A DNA stretch of 59,799 nt from Chloroflexota bacterium (GTDB taxonomy: Bacteria > Chloroflexota > Anaerolineae > JAYEMR01): assembly GCA_034718215.1 (NCBI GenBank), contig JAYEMR010000067.1, positions 1-59,799 of the forward strand. Direction: 5' to 3'. The notes below the pieces were generated by a model. That model was not told the origin of the DNA, searched no databases, and saw only the letters and a program-made list of their open reading frames with translations. The position numbers and the translations under genes were made by a program. Positions 34,299-44,900 of this stretch are shown in pieces. Every line of letters begins with the position of its first letter. Within the stretch, counting starts at the first letter, position 1.

Positions 34299-35171
34299 GT
34301 GGCGGAGATCACCGGCTGCGCCCGGGCGATGCGCGCCCACGCCACACCCGTGCGGCCTAAGCGTCAGGAGCTGGTGGACACCTGCGGCACGGGAGGCGAT
34401 CGGACGGGCACCTTCAACATCTCTACCACGGCGGCCTTCGTCGTCGCCGGAGCTGGCCTAGCCGTGGCCAAGCACGGCAACCGCTCCGTGTCCAGCCGGT
34501 CGGGCAGCGCCGACGTGCTGGAGGCATTGGGCGTCAATCTGGAGTTGACCCCGGAGCAGGTCGCGCGTTGCATTGACGAGGTGGGCATCGGCTTTCTGTT
34601 CGTCCCCCGCCTCCACCCAGCCATGAGGCACGCCATCGGCCCCCGCCGGGAGATGGGCGTGCGCACCATCTTCAACATCCTGGGCCCCCTCACCAATCCT
34701 GCCTCCGCCCAGCGGCAGCTCATGGGCGTCTACAACCCAAGCCTCACCAGCGTCCTGGCGCAGGTTCTAGGTGGACTGGGGGCGCAAGCCGCCTTTGTGG
34801 TACACGGCGCCGATGGCCTGGACGAGCTCTCCACCACAGGGGTCAACCGCGTGAGTCACCTCCGAGAGGGATGGGTGAAGGACATATCCCTGGACCCGGC
34901 CGAACTGGGGCTTCCCAAGGCGCGGGTGGAGGATCTGCGGGGTGGAACAGCCGAGGAGAACGCCGAGATCACCCGAGCGGTCCTCTCGGGCGAGCAAGGC
35001 CCTCAGCGGGACATCGTCCTGCTCAACGCGGCCGCAGCGCTGATGATAGGCGACGGGGCGGAGGACCTGAGGGAGGGGCTGGAGCGGGCGGGCGAGGCGA
35101 TAGATTCCGGCTCGGCCCTGGAAAAGCTGGAGGCATTGGTGGCCTTGAGCCAGGAACTGGGGGCGGAATGA
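34299..35171 (+). CDS. trpD: anthranilate phosphoribosyltransferase, apparently N-terminally truncated
   Basis: CGTGGD, KHGNRSVSS, GIGFLF and NPA motifs. Homology (LTALRLKGETVAEITG) begins at about 34269 in this frame, with no start codon before the GTG at 34299. About 35-50 N-terminal residues of typical TrpD are absent. Confidence 0.8.
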   Translation: MAEITGCARAMRAHATPVRPKRQELVDTCGTGGDRTGTFNISTTAAFVVAGAGLAVAKHGNRSVSSRSGSADVLEALGVNLELTPEQVARCIDEVGIGFLFVPRLHPAMRHAIGPRREMGVRTIFNILGPLTNPASAQRQLMGVYNPSLTSVLAQVLGGLGAQAAFVVHGADGLDELSTTGVNRVSHLREGWVKDISLDPAELGLPKARVEDLRGGTAEENAEITRAVLSGEQGPQRDIVLLNAAAALMIGDGAEDLREGLERAGEAIDSGSALEKLEALVALSQELGAE

Positions 35172-36034
35172 TCCTCGATCGCATCCTGGCCCACAAGCGC
35201 CGGGAGATCGCTCTCCTAAAAGAGATGATCTCTCAGGAGAGATTGGCGCGGGCGGCGGAGGCACAACCTTCGGCCCTCGATTTGAGGGCTGCGCTGCACC
35301 AGCCGGGGGTGACCCTCATCGCCGAGGTGAAGCGCGCCTCGCCCTCAAAGGGACCGCTGCGCCTGGACCTGGATCCGGCCGAGCTGGCCCTGGCCTACGC
35401 CCGAGGTGGAGCGGAGGCCATATCAGTGCTCACCGATGGGGTCTTCTTCCGAGGGTCCCTGGGAGATCTGGCGGCGGTGAAACGAGGGCTGACCGAAGAG
35501 GGCTACAGGTTGCCCATCCTGCGCAAGGATTTCATCCTCGATCCCTATCAGGTGTACGAAGCCCGCGCCTACGGCGCAGACGCGATCCTCCTCATCGCCG
35601 CGGCCCTGTCAGCGTTGGAACTGGCCCAGCTCCTGGCCCTGTCCCGGGAGCTGGGAATGGAGCCCTTGGTCGAGGTGCACGATGAGGCGGACCTGGAGAA
35701 GGCCCTCCCCTGCGGACTGCGCATCATCGGCGTCAACAATCGCGACCTGCGGACTTTTAAGGTGAACCTGGATACGATCCCGCGGCTGCGGCCCCGCATC
35801 CCTCAGGGCACGCTCCTCGTCAGTGAGAGCGGGGTCCAGAGCCCGGCCGATGTGCGGTGGCTAGCTCAAGTAGGGGTGGATGCGGTGTTGGTGGGGGAGG
35901 CGCTGGTGACCGCGGCGGATCCGGCGGATGAGGCGCGGGGCCTGGTGGCCGCCGGCATGGTGGGGGAAGGGGACCTGTCTGCCAAAGGCATGAAGGGCAT
36001 GCTGAGGAGGGAGGCGGCGCGATGGTCCGAGTGA
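35168..36034 (+). CDS. trpC: indole-3-glycerol phosphate synthase
   Basis: [14 protein letters not shown]...[12 protein letters not shown]...ILRKDFI...LVEVH...GVNNRDL...ESG. ATGA overlap with the trpD stop. Confidence 0.9.
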   Translation: MILDRILAHKRREIALLKEMISQERLARAAEAQPSALDLRAALHQPGVTLIAEVKRASPSKGPLRLDLDPAELALAYARGGAEAISVLTDGVFFRGSLGDLAAVKRGLTEEGYRLPILRKDFILDPYQVYEARAYGADAILLIAAALSALELAQLLALSRELGMEPLVEVHDEADLEKALPCGLRIIGVNNRDLRTFKVNLDTIPRLRPRIPQGTLLVSESGVQSPADVRWLAQVGVDAVLVGEALVTAADPADEARGLVAAGMVGEGDLSAKGMKGMLRREAARWSE

Positions 36035-37899
36035 AGATCTGCGGCATCACCAACCTGGAGGACGCACTGGCGGCGGAGAAGGCCGGGGCCGACCTCCTGG
36101 GCTTCGTCTTCTATCCTCCCAGCCCCCGCTACGTCCCCCCGGAGCGCGTGCGGGAGATCGTCGGTGCCCTACGCCGCTCGGAGTCCGCGGTTCGCACGGT
36201 GGGAGTCTTCGTGGATGAGGAGCTGAGCCGGGTGCGGGAAGCGATCCGAAAGTGCGATCTGGATTACGCCCAACTGCACGGCGACGAGCCGCCTCCCTAC
36301 GTCGCGGCGCTAGGGGAGCGGGCCATCAAGGCCCTACGTGTGCGCTCGGCGGCGGATGTGGAGCGGCTGGCCGACTATCAGGCGGCGGCCTACCTGCTGG
36401 ACGCTTACCATCCTGAGAAACCGGGCGGCACCGGGAGGGCCTGGGACTGGGGGTTGGCCGCGGCGGCCAAGCGGTTCGGCCCTATCATCCTGGCCGGAGG
36501 GCTGACCCCCGACAACGTGGCCCAGGCGGTGCACCAGGTTCGACCATGGGGAGTGGATGTCTCCAGCGGGGTGGAGTCCGAGCCGGGCCGAAAGGATCAG
36601 GACAAGATGCGGCGATTTGTGGCAGCGGCAAAGGATTTGACAGTGGGAGCTAGCGACACTCGAAGTCCAGCCTGTATTGGGCGGATGGACGGAACCTCCC
36701 AGCGCCGCCTGTTCACGGCGGCGCCGGACGAGAGGGGGCACTTCGGCCCCTACGGGGGGCGCTTCGTGCCCGAGACAGTGATGCCCGCACTGGAGGAGCT
36801 GGAGGCGGCTTTTCACCGGGCCTGGTCGGATGAGGACTTCCGCGCCGAGCTGGAGGGGCTGCTAGCCGATTACGCAGGGCGCCCCACTCCCCTCTACTTC
36901 GCGGAGCGGCTGACGGCCCACTGCGGCGGGGCGAGGATCTATCTCAAGCGGGAGGACTTGGCTCACACCGGGGCGCACAAGATCAACAACACCCTGGGGC
37001 AGGGGCTGCTGGCGCGCAGGATGGGCAAGCGCCGGCTGGTGGCCGAGACGGGCGCCGGCCAGCACGGGGTGGCCACGGCTACGGTGGCGGCCCTGCTGGA
37101 CATGGAGTGTGTGATCTACATGGGCACCGAGGACATGCGCCGCCAGGCGCCTAACGTGGACCGCATGGATCTGCTGGGAGCCGAGGTGCGCCCTGTGGAT
37201 GCCGGAAGCCGCACCCTGAAGGACGCCATCAACGAGGCCATCCGCGATTGGGTGACCAACGTCCGCCACACTCATTACCTGCTGGGCTCGGCCCTGGGAC
37301 CCCATCCCTACCCCCTGATCGTCCGCCAGTTCCAGTCGGTCATCGGGAAGGAGGCGCGCCCGCAGATCTTAGAGGCCGAGGGCCGGCTGCCGGATGTGCT
37401 CATCGCCTGCGTGGGCGGGGGCTCCAACGCCATCGGCCTCTTCCACGCCTTCCGCGATGACTCGGTGCGGTTTATCGGGGTGGAGGCGGGCGGGCTGGGG
37501 ATCGGGACGGGGCAGCACGCCGCCCGCTTCGGAGACCCTGAGCGGGGGCGCGTCGGGGTGCTGCACGGCACCCGCTCCTACGTCCTGCAGGATGAGGATG
37601 GGCAGATCCTCTCCACCCATTCCATATCCGCTGGGCTGGACTACCCGGCCGTGGGGCCGGAGCACAGTTGGCTGCGTGATCTGGGCCGCGCGGAATATAC
37701 CTACGCCACAGATGAGGAGACGCTGGAGGCCTTTCACCTGCTGTGCCAGCTGGAGGGGATCATCCCCGCCCTGGAGTCCGCCCACGCCATAGCTGAGGCG
37801 CTCAAGCGCGCGCCTGAGATGGACGCGGATCAGGTGATCATTGTCAACCTTTCCGGGAGGGGGAACAAGGACCTCGGGCAAATAGCGAATGGCGAATAG
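36022..37899 (+). CDS. trpB: continuous ORF encoding phosphoribosylanthranilate isomerase (TrpF, ~205 aa) followed by tryptophan synthase beta (TrpB)
   Basis: N-terminus VKICGIT...[14 protein letters not shown]...QLHG...LLDA...LAGGL. From about 36700: [13 protein letters not shown]...[16 protein letters not shown]...[10 protein letters not shown]...GGGSNAIG. No stop lies between the two parts, and an in-frame ATG at 36685 could start a separate TrpB. Confidence 0.85.
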   Translation: MVRVKICGITNLEDALAAEKAGADLLGFVFYPPSPRYVPPERVREIVGALRRSESAVRTVGVFVDEELSRVREAIRKCDLDYAQLHGDEPPPYVAALGERAIKALRVRSAADVERLADYQAAAYLLDAYHPEKPGGTGRAWDWGLAAAAKRFGPIILAGGLTPDNVAQAVHQVRPWGVDVSSGVESEPGRKDQDKMRRFVAAAKDLTVGASDTRSPACIGRMDGTSQRRLFTAAPDERGHFGPYGGRFVPETVMPALEELEAAFHRAWSDEDFRAELEGLLADYAGRPTPLYFAERLTAHCGGARIYLKREDLAHTGAHKINNTLGQGLLARRMGKRRLVAETGAGQHGVATATVAALLDMECVIYMGTEDMRRQAPNVDRMDLLGAEVRPVDAGSRTLKDAINEAIRDWVTNVRHTHYLLGSALGPHPYPLIVRQFQSVIGKEARPQILEAEGRLPDVLIACVGGGSNAIGLFHAFRDDSVRFIGVEAGGLGIGTGQHAARFGDPERGRVGVLHGTRSYVLQDEDGQILSTHSISAGLDYPAVGPEHSWLRDLGRAEYTYATDEETLEAFHLLCQLEGIIPALESAHAIAEALKRAPEMDADQVIIVNLSGRGNKDLGQIANGE

Positions 37900-38702
37900 C
37901 AACCGGAAAAGAGCATATTGCCCAGGCCTTTAGCGGGGCCAGGAGTGAGGGACGGGCAGCGCTCATCCCCTATCTGCCGCTGGGGTTCCCCACCCCCGGG
38001 GAGAGCCTGGAGCTGGTGGGAGCGCTGGCCGAGGGAGGCGCCGACATCATCGAGCTTGGCATCCCCTTCTCCGACCCCCTGGCCGATGGGTCCACCATCC
38101 AGCGGGCCACCCACGCGGCGCTGCAGCAGGGGATGACCTTGAGCCGCTGTTTGGAGATGGCGGCCCAAGTGCGGGACCGAGGTGTGAAAGTGCCGCTGCT
38201 CTTCATGGGGTATCTCAACCCCATCCTGGCCTACGGCCCGGAGCGGTTCATCCGGGCCTGTCGGGAGGTGGGCGTGGACGGGCTGATCGTGGCCGATCTG
38301 CCGCCGGAGGAGGCGGATGAGCTGGAGGGGGCCTGCCACGCTGAGGAACGCGCGCTGGTGTATCTATTAGCGCCCACCAGCACCCCAGCGCGGGTGACCC
38401 TGATCGCGGGCCGAAGCACCGGCTTCGTGTACCTGGTCTCCGTCACCGGGGTGACGGGGGCGCGGGAGGGGCTGCCCGCTGGCCTGTCCGATCGAGTGCG
38501 CCTCGTGCGCGAGGTCACCGACAAACCCGTGGCCGTCGGCTTCGGCATCGCGGGTGGAGCTCAGGCCCGGGCGGTGGGTCAATTGGCCGATGGGATCGTC
38601 GTCGGGAGCGCGATTGTGGAGAGGGCAGGCTGGGATGAGGGCGCCCGCCAGGCGGTGAGGGATTTCGTCCGCAGCCTGCGAGATGCTTTGGAGGAGGAGT
38701 GA
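37896..38702 (+). CDS. trpA: tryptophan synthase alpha; no canonical start codon upstream of conserved N-terminus
   Basis: The frame reads (ATA)[31 protein letters not shown]...[22 protein letters not shown]...[10 protein letters not shown]. The first ATG/GTG/TTG in frame is GTG 38016, which would remove ~40 conserved residues. ATA 37896 overlaps the trpB TAG. Confidence 0.75.
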   Translation: MATGKEHIAQAFSGARSEGRAALIPYLPLGFPTPGESLELVGALAEGGADIIELGIPFSDPLADGSTIQRATHAALQQGMTLSRCLEMAAQVRDRGVKVPLLFMGYLNPILAYGPERFIRACREVGVDGLIVADLPPEEADELEGACHAEERALVYLLAPTSTPARVTLIAGRSTGFVYLVSVTGVTGAREGLPAGLSDRVRLVREVTDKPVAVGFGIAGGAQARAVGQLADGIVVGSAIVERAGWDEGARQAVRDFVRSLRDALEEE

Positions 38703-38703
38703 A

Positions 38704-39741
38704 ATGGCGGAGAAAAGAGAACGAATTCTGACTGGAGACCGGCCGACAGGCAAGCTCCACCTGGGGCACTACGTCGGCAGCCTGAAGAACCGGGTGCAGC
38801 TGCAGGAGGAGTACGAGTGCTTCTTCATCATCGCCGACCTGCACACCCTGACCACCCGGCCGGGGAAGGAGCTTCTGAAGGAATTGCCTAGCAACATACG
38901 GGAGATGGTGTTGGACTATCTGGCGGTGGGCATTGACCCGGAGCGGAGCACCATCTTCGTGCAGTCGGCCATCCCCGAGACCTACGAGCTGAACACCCTT
39001 TTCGAGATGCTGGTCACCGTGCCTCGCCTGCAGCGTGTGCCCACCATCAAGGACATGGCCCAGGCGGCTGGGTTGGAAGCGGTCCCCTTTGGCCTCCTCG
39101 GCTACCCAGTGTTGCAGGCGGCCGACATCCTGTTGCCCCGCGCGCATCTGGTGCCGGTGGGGAGGGACAACGAGGCCCACGTGGAGGTAGCGCGGGAGAT
39201 CGCGCGCCGCTTCAATCACCTCTACGGCCATGTGTTCCCCATCCCTGAGGCGCGCATCGGCGATGTGCCTGCCCTGATCGGGCTCGGCGGCCAGGCCAAG
39301 ATGAGCAAGTCTTTAGACAACGCCATCTTCCTCTCGGATGATGAGGAGACCCTCACCGAGAAAGTGTTTACCATGTACACGGACCCCAAGCGCATACGAG
39401 CTGACATCCCCGGCACTGTAGAGGGCAACCCGGTCTTCATCTACCACGACACCTTCAACCCGAACCTGGAGGAAGTGAACGACCTCAAGGAGCGGTACCG
39501 CAAGGGCCGGGTGGGGGACGTGGAGGTGAAGCGGAAGCTGGCGCGGGCGCTCAACAACTTCCTGAAGCCCATCCGCGAGCGGCGAGCTCGCTACGCCTCG
39601 CAGCCGGGACTGGTGGAGGAGATCCTGGATGCTGGTATCCGCCGCATGCGCAAGGAGGCCCAGGAGACGATGCATCTGGTGCGGGAGGCGATGGGGCTGA
39701 CCTACGCTCGCCGGCTGGGAAAAGGAGGGATGACTATGTAG
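38704..39741 (+). CDS. trpS: tryptophanyl-tRNA synthetase
   Basis: ILTGDRPTGKLHLGHYVG (HIGH-type) and KMSKSL motifs. Confidence 0.95.
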   Translation: MAEKRERILTGDRPTGKLHLGHYVGSLKNRVQLQEEYECFFIIADLHTLTTRPGKELLKELPSNIREMVLDYLAVGIDPERSTIFVQSAIPETYELNTLFEMLVTVPRLQRVPTIKDMAQAAGLEAVPFGLLGYPVLQAADILLPRAHLVPVGRDNEAHVEVAREIARRFNHLYGHVFPIPEARIGDVPALIGLGGQAKMSKSLDNAIFLSDDEETLTEKVFTMYTDPKRIRADIPGTVEGNPVFIYHDTFNPNLEEVNDLKERYRKGRVGDVEVKRKLARALNNFLKPIRERRARYASQPGLVEEILDAGIRRMRKEAQETMHLVREAMGLTYARRLGKGGMTM

Positions 39742-39834
39742 CGTAGAGCAGGACATCTTCTAATTGCTGTGAGAAGCGGCATGACATTTATCACTTCGAC
39801 ATCTCGAAACACAACTGAGAAAAGGAGATCTAAC

Positions 39835-41196
39835 ATGGAACAGACGAAATTCCTTCTTCCAGAGAAGGAAATGCCCACTCAGTGGTACAACGTCCTACCC
39901 GACCTGCCATTCGATATGCCCCCGATAATCAATCCCGCCACTGGCGAGCCCATCACGCCTGACGAGCTGGCGCCTATCTTCCCCATGGCGCTGATCGAGC
40001 AGGAGATGAGCCCAGAGCGGTACATCGATATCCCAGAGGAGGTGCGGGAGGTCTACAGGCTTTGGCGGCCCACGCCCATGTACCGGGCCCATCGCCTGGA
40101 GGAGGCGCTGGATACCCCAGCCAAGATCTACTACAAGTGGGAGGGAGTAAGCCCTCCGGGTAGCCACAAGCCTAACACCGCTGTGGCCCAGGCCTTCTAC
40201 AACAAGCAGGAGGGCGTCAAGCGCATAACGACCGAGACGGGGGCTGGCCAGTGGGGAAGCGCCCTCGCCTTCGGCTGCAACCTCTTCGGACTGGAGTGCA
40301 AGATCTACATGGTCAGAATCAGTTACGACCAAAAACCTTATCGCCGCATCCTGATGGAGACCTGGGGGGGTGAGTGCGTCCCCAGCCCCAGCGAGGACAC
40401 TAAGACTGGCCGGGACATCCTGGCCAAAGACCCTGATTCGCCCGGCTCGCTGGGGATAGCCATCAGCGAGGCGGTGGAGGACGCGGCTACACACGAGGGC
40501 ACCAAGTACGCCCTGGGAAGCGTCCTAAACCATGTCCTCTTGCACCAGACGGTCGTGGGACAGGAGGCCAAGAGGCAGATGGAGATGACGGGAGACTACC
40601 CGGACATCCTCATCGGCTGCATCGGTGGGGGTAGCAACTTCGCCGGCTTCTTCCTGCCCTTCATCAAGGACAAGATCGAGGGAAGGGCTCCAGACCTGCG
40701 GGTGATCTGCGTGGAGCCTACCGCCTGTCCATCGGTGACCAAAGGGCTCTACACCTACGACTTCGGCGACACAGCCTGCACTACGCCTCTCCTCAGGATG
40801 TACACCCTGGGCCATGACTTCGTTCCCCCTCCCATCCACGCTGGTGGCCTTCGCTACCACGGGATGGCGCCCATCATCTGCGCCCTCCACAAACATGGGC
40901 TCATCGAGGCGAGGGCCTATCCCCAGAACCCTGCCTTCGAGGCGGCGGTGCAATTCGCCCGCACCGAGGGTTTCATCCCCGCACCAGAGCCGGCCCACGC
41001 CATCAAGGCAGTCGTAGAGGAGGCTCTGAAATGCAGGGAATCGGGCGAGGCCAAAGTTATCGCCTTAGCCTTCAGCGGGCATGGCCACTTCGACCTGACC
41101 GCCTACGAGAGCTACCTGGCCGGCGAGTTGGAGAACTACGAGCTGCCCGAGGAGGAGGTCCGGAGAGCCCTAGCATCGCTGCCGCAAGTCGGTTGA
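39835..41196 (+). CDS. trpB2: TrpB2-type tryptophan synthase beta-like protein
   Basis: [13 protein letters not shown]...[17 protein letters not shown]...[12 protein letters not shown]...GGGSNFAG. The long N-terminus is typical of TrpB2. RBS AAAGGAG. Confidence 0.85.
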   Translation: MEQTKFLLPEKEMPTQWYNVLPDLPFDMPPIINPATGEPITPDELAPIFPMALIEQEMSPERYIDIPEEVREVYRLWRPTPMYRAHRLEEALDTPAKIYYKWEGVSPPGSHKPNTAVAQAFYNKQEGVKRITTETGAGQWGSALAFGCNLFGLECKIYMVRISYDQKPYRRILMETWGGECVPSPSEDTKTGRDILAKDPDSPGSLGIAISEAVEDAATHEGTKYALGSVLNHVLLHQTVVGQEAKRQMEMTGDYPDILIGCIGGGSNFAGFFLPFIKDKIEGRAPDLRVICVEPTACPSVTKGLYTYDFGDTACTTPLLRMYTLGHDFVPPPIHAGGLRYHGMAPIICALHKHGLIEARAYPQNPAFEAAVQFARTEGFIPAPEPAHAIKAVVEEALKCRESGEAKVIALAFSGHGHFDLTAYESYLAGELENYELPEEEVRRALASLPQVG

Positions 41197-41209
41197 CGTT
41201 TGGAGCTGG

Positions 41210-41236
41210 CAGGGGCGGGTCTGGGACCCGCCCCTG
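41210..41236 (+). terminator. perfect 11-bp GC-rich stem-loop after trpB2 (no T tract)
   Basis: CAGGGGCGGGT-ctggg-ACCCGCCCCTG, 14 nt after the trpB2 stop. Confidence 0.45.
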
Positions 41237-41280
41237 CACCTGAAATCTCCCGCCGGAGTCGAGCCTTCAGGCGAGAATGT

Positions 41281-41319
41281 CGCCTGTCTGCCCGTCCTGC
41301 CTGCGCAGAGACGATCACC
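41281..41319. repeat. palindromic repeat unit (CCTG/CAGG word family), truncated
   Basis: cgcctgtctgcccgtcctgcctgcgcagagacgatcacc. Confidence 0.6.
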
Positions 41320-41589
41320 AGGATAAAGGCCTGACCATACAGTTTCGCGATAGCGAAAAGATCAAGGTCCAACCACAGCCAACCACGCCAGTCGTGATGA
41401 AAGGCTTGGCTGTGCAAGCGCCAGATATTTGTTTACTGCTTAGGGCCAAATGAAGTTGGCCCATTCTAGCCCGACAGCTTGTTAAAGTCCAGTCGAGGGG
41501 GAATAGAAACCCGGTATCTTTGCACGAACCCACGAACCAATGTAAACACGGGATTCTTGCGCAAAAGTAAGGTATTGAGTATTCTCTGC

Positions 41590-41785
41590 TGGTGATTACC
41601 TATATCTTCAACGAGAGGACCGAGGCGTCCCCGCCGAGGGATATGCTGACTATCCCGTCTCCTGCCTGCGCCCTGTCCGCACAGGCGGGAGACAGGGTCC
41701 GACGGACAGGGAAAAGCTTCGGCGAGGACGCCTCAGCCCTCAAATCTGCCAGTACCTGGTACAGGTGAGATGTGGGTAATCACCA
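41590..41785. repeat. ~196-nt nested-palindrome, MITE-like element
   Basis: 11-bp terminal inverted repeats TGGTGATTACC (41590-41600) / GGTAATCACCA (41775-41785). An inner inverted repeat GAGGCGTCCCCGCCGA / TTCGGCGAGGACGCCTC encloses cccgtctcctgcctgcgccctgtccgcacaggcgggagacaggg. Confidence 0.6.
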
Positions 41786-41918
41786 ACCCCGACTGCCTTG
41801 ACCAGATTCGCCCGATACAGACATTCTCCCCGCGCTTCCAGTAGGCCAACAGATTGACGGGGCAAGCGTGCTGTTCCATGAGCCAGGCTGACTCGACCCA
41901 CACTCGTTGCCAAGCGGT

Positions 41919-44900
41919 TTACTTCTCCTCCAGCGAGATCAGCAGGGCCCTATCGCCAGGCAGCCGGTTACCCTGAGCATCGTACATTGGCAGCCGCTTC
42001 CCCGTGGCCTGGTCGTACATCCCTACCTCAACCTGGAAGGGGCCGGGGGGAAGCTCCGAGGGGATGGGGATTTGGTACTCATCGGCGATGACTTCACCGG
42101 AGAGCCAGCCGGTGGTGGGCGCCTCGCCTCCCTGAGGAGGGCTGTCCTTCTGAGCCACCACGCGCCCCTCGGGCTCCAGGAGATGGGTGAATACGGTGTA
42201 GGATATCTCGGTCGGTCCCTGGGCCTGCCAGTAAAGGATGAGGCGCAGTGTCCCTCCGGGTTTCACCCTCGGCTTCGGCAGATCGTAGCCCAGCAGCTTG
42301 ATCCGATCTCCCAGCCACAGGTCGAGAGGATAAGGGATAGCGGGGACTTTGAAGCTGTGCCTCCGTCCTTCCACCCGAACTCGCCCCAGGGTGATTGCCT
42401 CAGCCAATAAATGACTGCTATCAGATCGGACCAAATTGATGCGAGCTGAGTATTCCCCACTGGTTAGGTCAGGTGGCACGAGAACGTCGAACTGGCCCCG
42501 CAGGATTTCCCCCGCCCGCCATAGGCTGCTGGGATAAAAGGGGTTGGGAAGAGGGAATGTCTTCTCCTTTCCTCCCAGATCGACTAGCAGCCTGTAATCC
42601 TCATGAGGAGGAGCCTCTACCTGCCAGAAGAGATCCAGGTGAAGTGAAGACCCTGGCTGCACAACATAGGGCGATAGGCCACAGCCCAGAAGCAGGATGG
42701 AGGAGCCAATCTCGTGCCGCAGGGGATGGGAGATCGCCAGCTCCTCGACCGTCGGCTGGAGAGGGGAGGGGATGACTTGTACCTGGCCCAAAGTGACGAC
42801 ATCGCCCCTAAGCTGGCCTCGACCATCGTGCACAGGGAGGCGCTGGTGAGTATCAGGGTGATAGAGACCTCCTCGCAGCTCATATTCACCGGGAGGGACG
42901 CCCGCCCAGGGACTCAGCAGGTAACGGATGCTCCTTTCTTTTCCTACCGACCAGTCGGCGGTCCCTTTCTCATCGCGCAGAGGGATGTCCACCTGGCCCC
43001 ACAGGTGGCCGCTTCCATCCACTAAATGCAGGAAGAGGGTGTAATCGGCCTCGGGTGGGGCCACAGCCTGCCAGGTCAACTCTACGCCGAGCTTTTGTCC
43101 CCAGCCGATAGTGGGAGCAGCCAGCCCGTAGCGGACCAAGCGCAGCTGGCCGCCGAAGGTGAAGGGGCCATCGCCGGTTTGAAGCTCGGGGGAGGCGAAA
43201 CTTACCCTCTTCGGTAGTTGGTAAAGTGAGAGAAAGGCATCCTCTCGAAGCCGGTAAGCCCGCGAGGCCAGCTGCCAGCGGGCTATCTCCGCCGCTGGTG
43301 AGGGAGATACTAGAGAGCGCACATGCCATATCCGCTTTTTGCCCTCCGTCAGATGGCAGAGCGCGGAGACTATCTCCGCCTCTGATTCCCATCCCCGGAG
43401 CACATAGCGCTTCAGTGGGCCATCGTAATGTTTGGCTACAAGAGAAGGGCCGGCGATCAACAGGGCGTCCCCGACCTCGGCCTCCGATTCCAACACCTCT
43501 AGAGGGGCGCGGTAGCTCTCATTGGGGTAGATCCAGGCGTACTCTACTCCCTGGAGCTGCACTACATGCTCAGGAGGGGTTCCAGCGATGAGCTCATCCA
43601 CGGGGGAAGGCCCACCCTGTCTATCGCTGACGTAGATCACCACGTAGTCGGCCTCAATCAGGCTGGACGGAGTGAGGGGGAGCGTCCGCCCCTCGAACTT
43701 GGGAGCCATGCCCGGCACCCCAGCGCTGGCCACGGTTAGGTTCTCCGCGTCAGGCAGGGTGTTGAGATAGGCCGCCGCGCGCTCCAGCCCCTCCCCCCAA
43801 CCCACTGGCAGCGTGCGCACCGCTCGGCGGAGCCCCCCCAGGAGGGGATTGTACCAGGCTAAGTAGTGAGGATGACAGGGGAATACCAGCAGCGCCTGGA
43901 GCAGCACCAGCGCAGCTCCCCTGGCCAATGCCCATCTTGATCTGATAGACATCCGCTCCAGTTGTATCCAGCCTAGCGCGGCCAGAATGTCCACTGCGGG
44001 GAAAACAGGCAGCAGATAGCGGTCGAATTTCTTGGCTCCCATGGCCATAACGATGGTGTAGAACCCAGCGTAGGCCAGAAGCACACTCCACACCCTCCGT
44101 TTTCTCCTACTCCCTAGCCGCCAAACCAGGAATGAGGCCAGCAGCCCCAGGAGCGTGAGCGGGCTGATGCGAAATAGAAATACTAGGGGATAGAAAAGAG
44201 GACCTGGATCGGCGACGGTGGTCCCTCGAAAGAAGTGGGCTGTCGCTTCTGCTTGTGTCGCGTAGCCCAGGGCCTTACCTCCTACGCTGGAGAGGGTGTC
44301 CAGTGGCGCGACCCACATAGCCGGCCAGAGGGCGACGTAGGTGAAAATGATCAATCCTCCCCAGAGGAGGAGGTTGTGAAGACGCTTTTCTCCGAAGGCC
44401 AGCAGCAGGAGCGCGCCTAAGGGAAGTAGAAAGAGGGCCGGGGTTTTGGTCAGGGCGGCCAATCCGGTTGCGAAGGCGGAGAGAAGCAGCCAACGGCGCT
44501 CAGACGGGGAGTGTAGGTACGTCATCAGGCTCAGCAAGCCCAAGGCCATGAAACTGGCCAGCAGCCCGTCCAGGTGGAGCACCCGAGAGAGGCCCATCAG
44601 AAAGGGGTCGAGGGCCATGAGGACACCACCCAGCAGGGCTGCACGCGGACCCAGCAGCCGTCGGGCCAGGGTCCAGCATCCGACCACTGCTAAGGCAGCG
44701 ACCAGTGTGAGGGGGATCTTGGCCGCGATCAACAGAGGGACTAGCCGCTGAAGGGCCACTGCATCATGGGGGTCTAGGGCTGGGAGCTGGAGGAGCCAGG
44801 CCCATTCCGCGGATGAGGGCAGGCCCAGCAGAAGCCGCTGCGCTCCGATGCCCAGCGCGCCCAGCCAGGTGGTCACCACTCCCGGATGGCCGGTGCGAAA

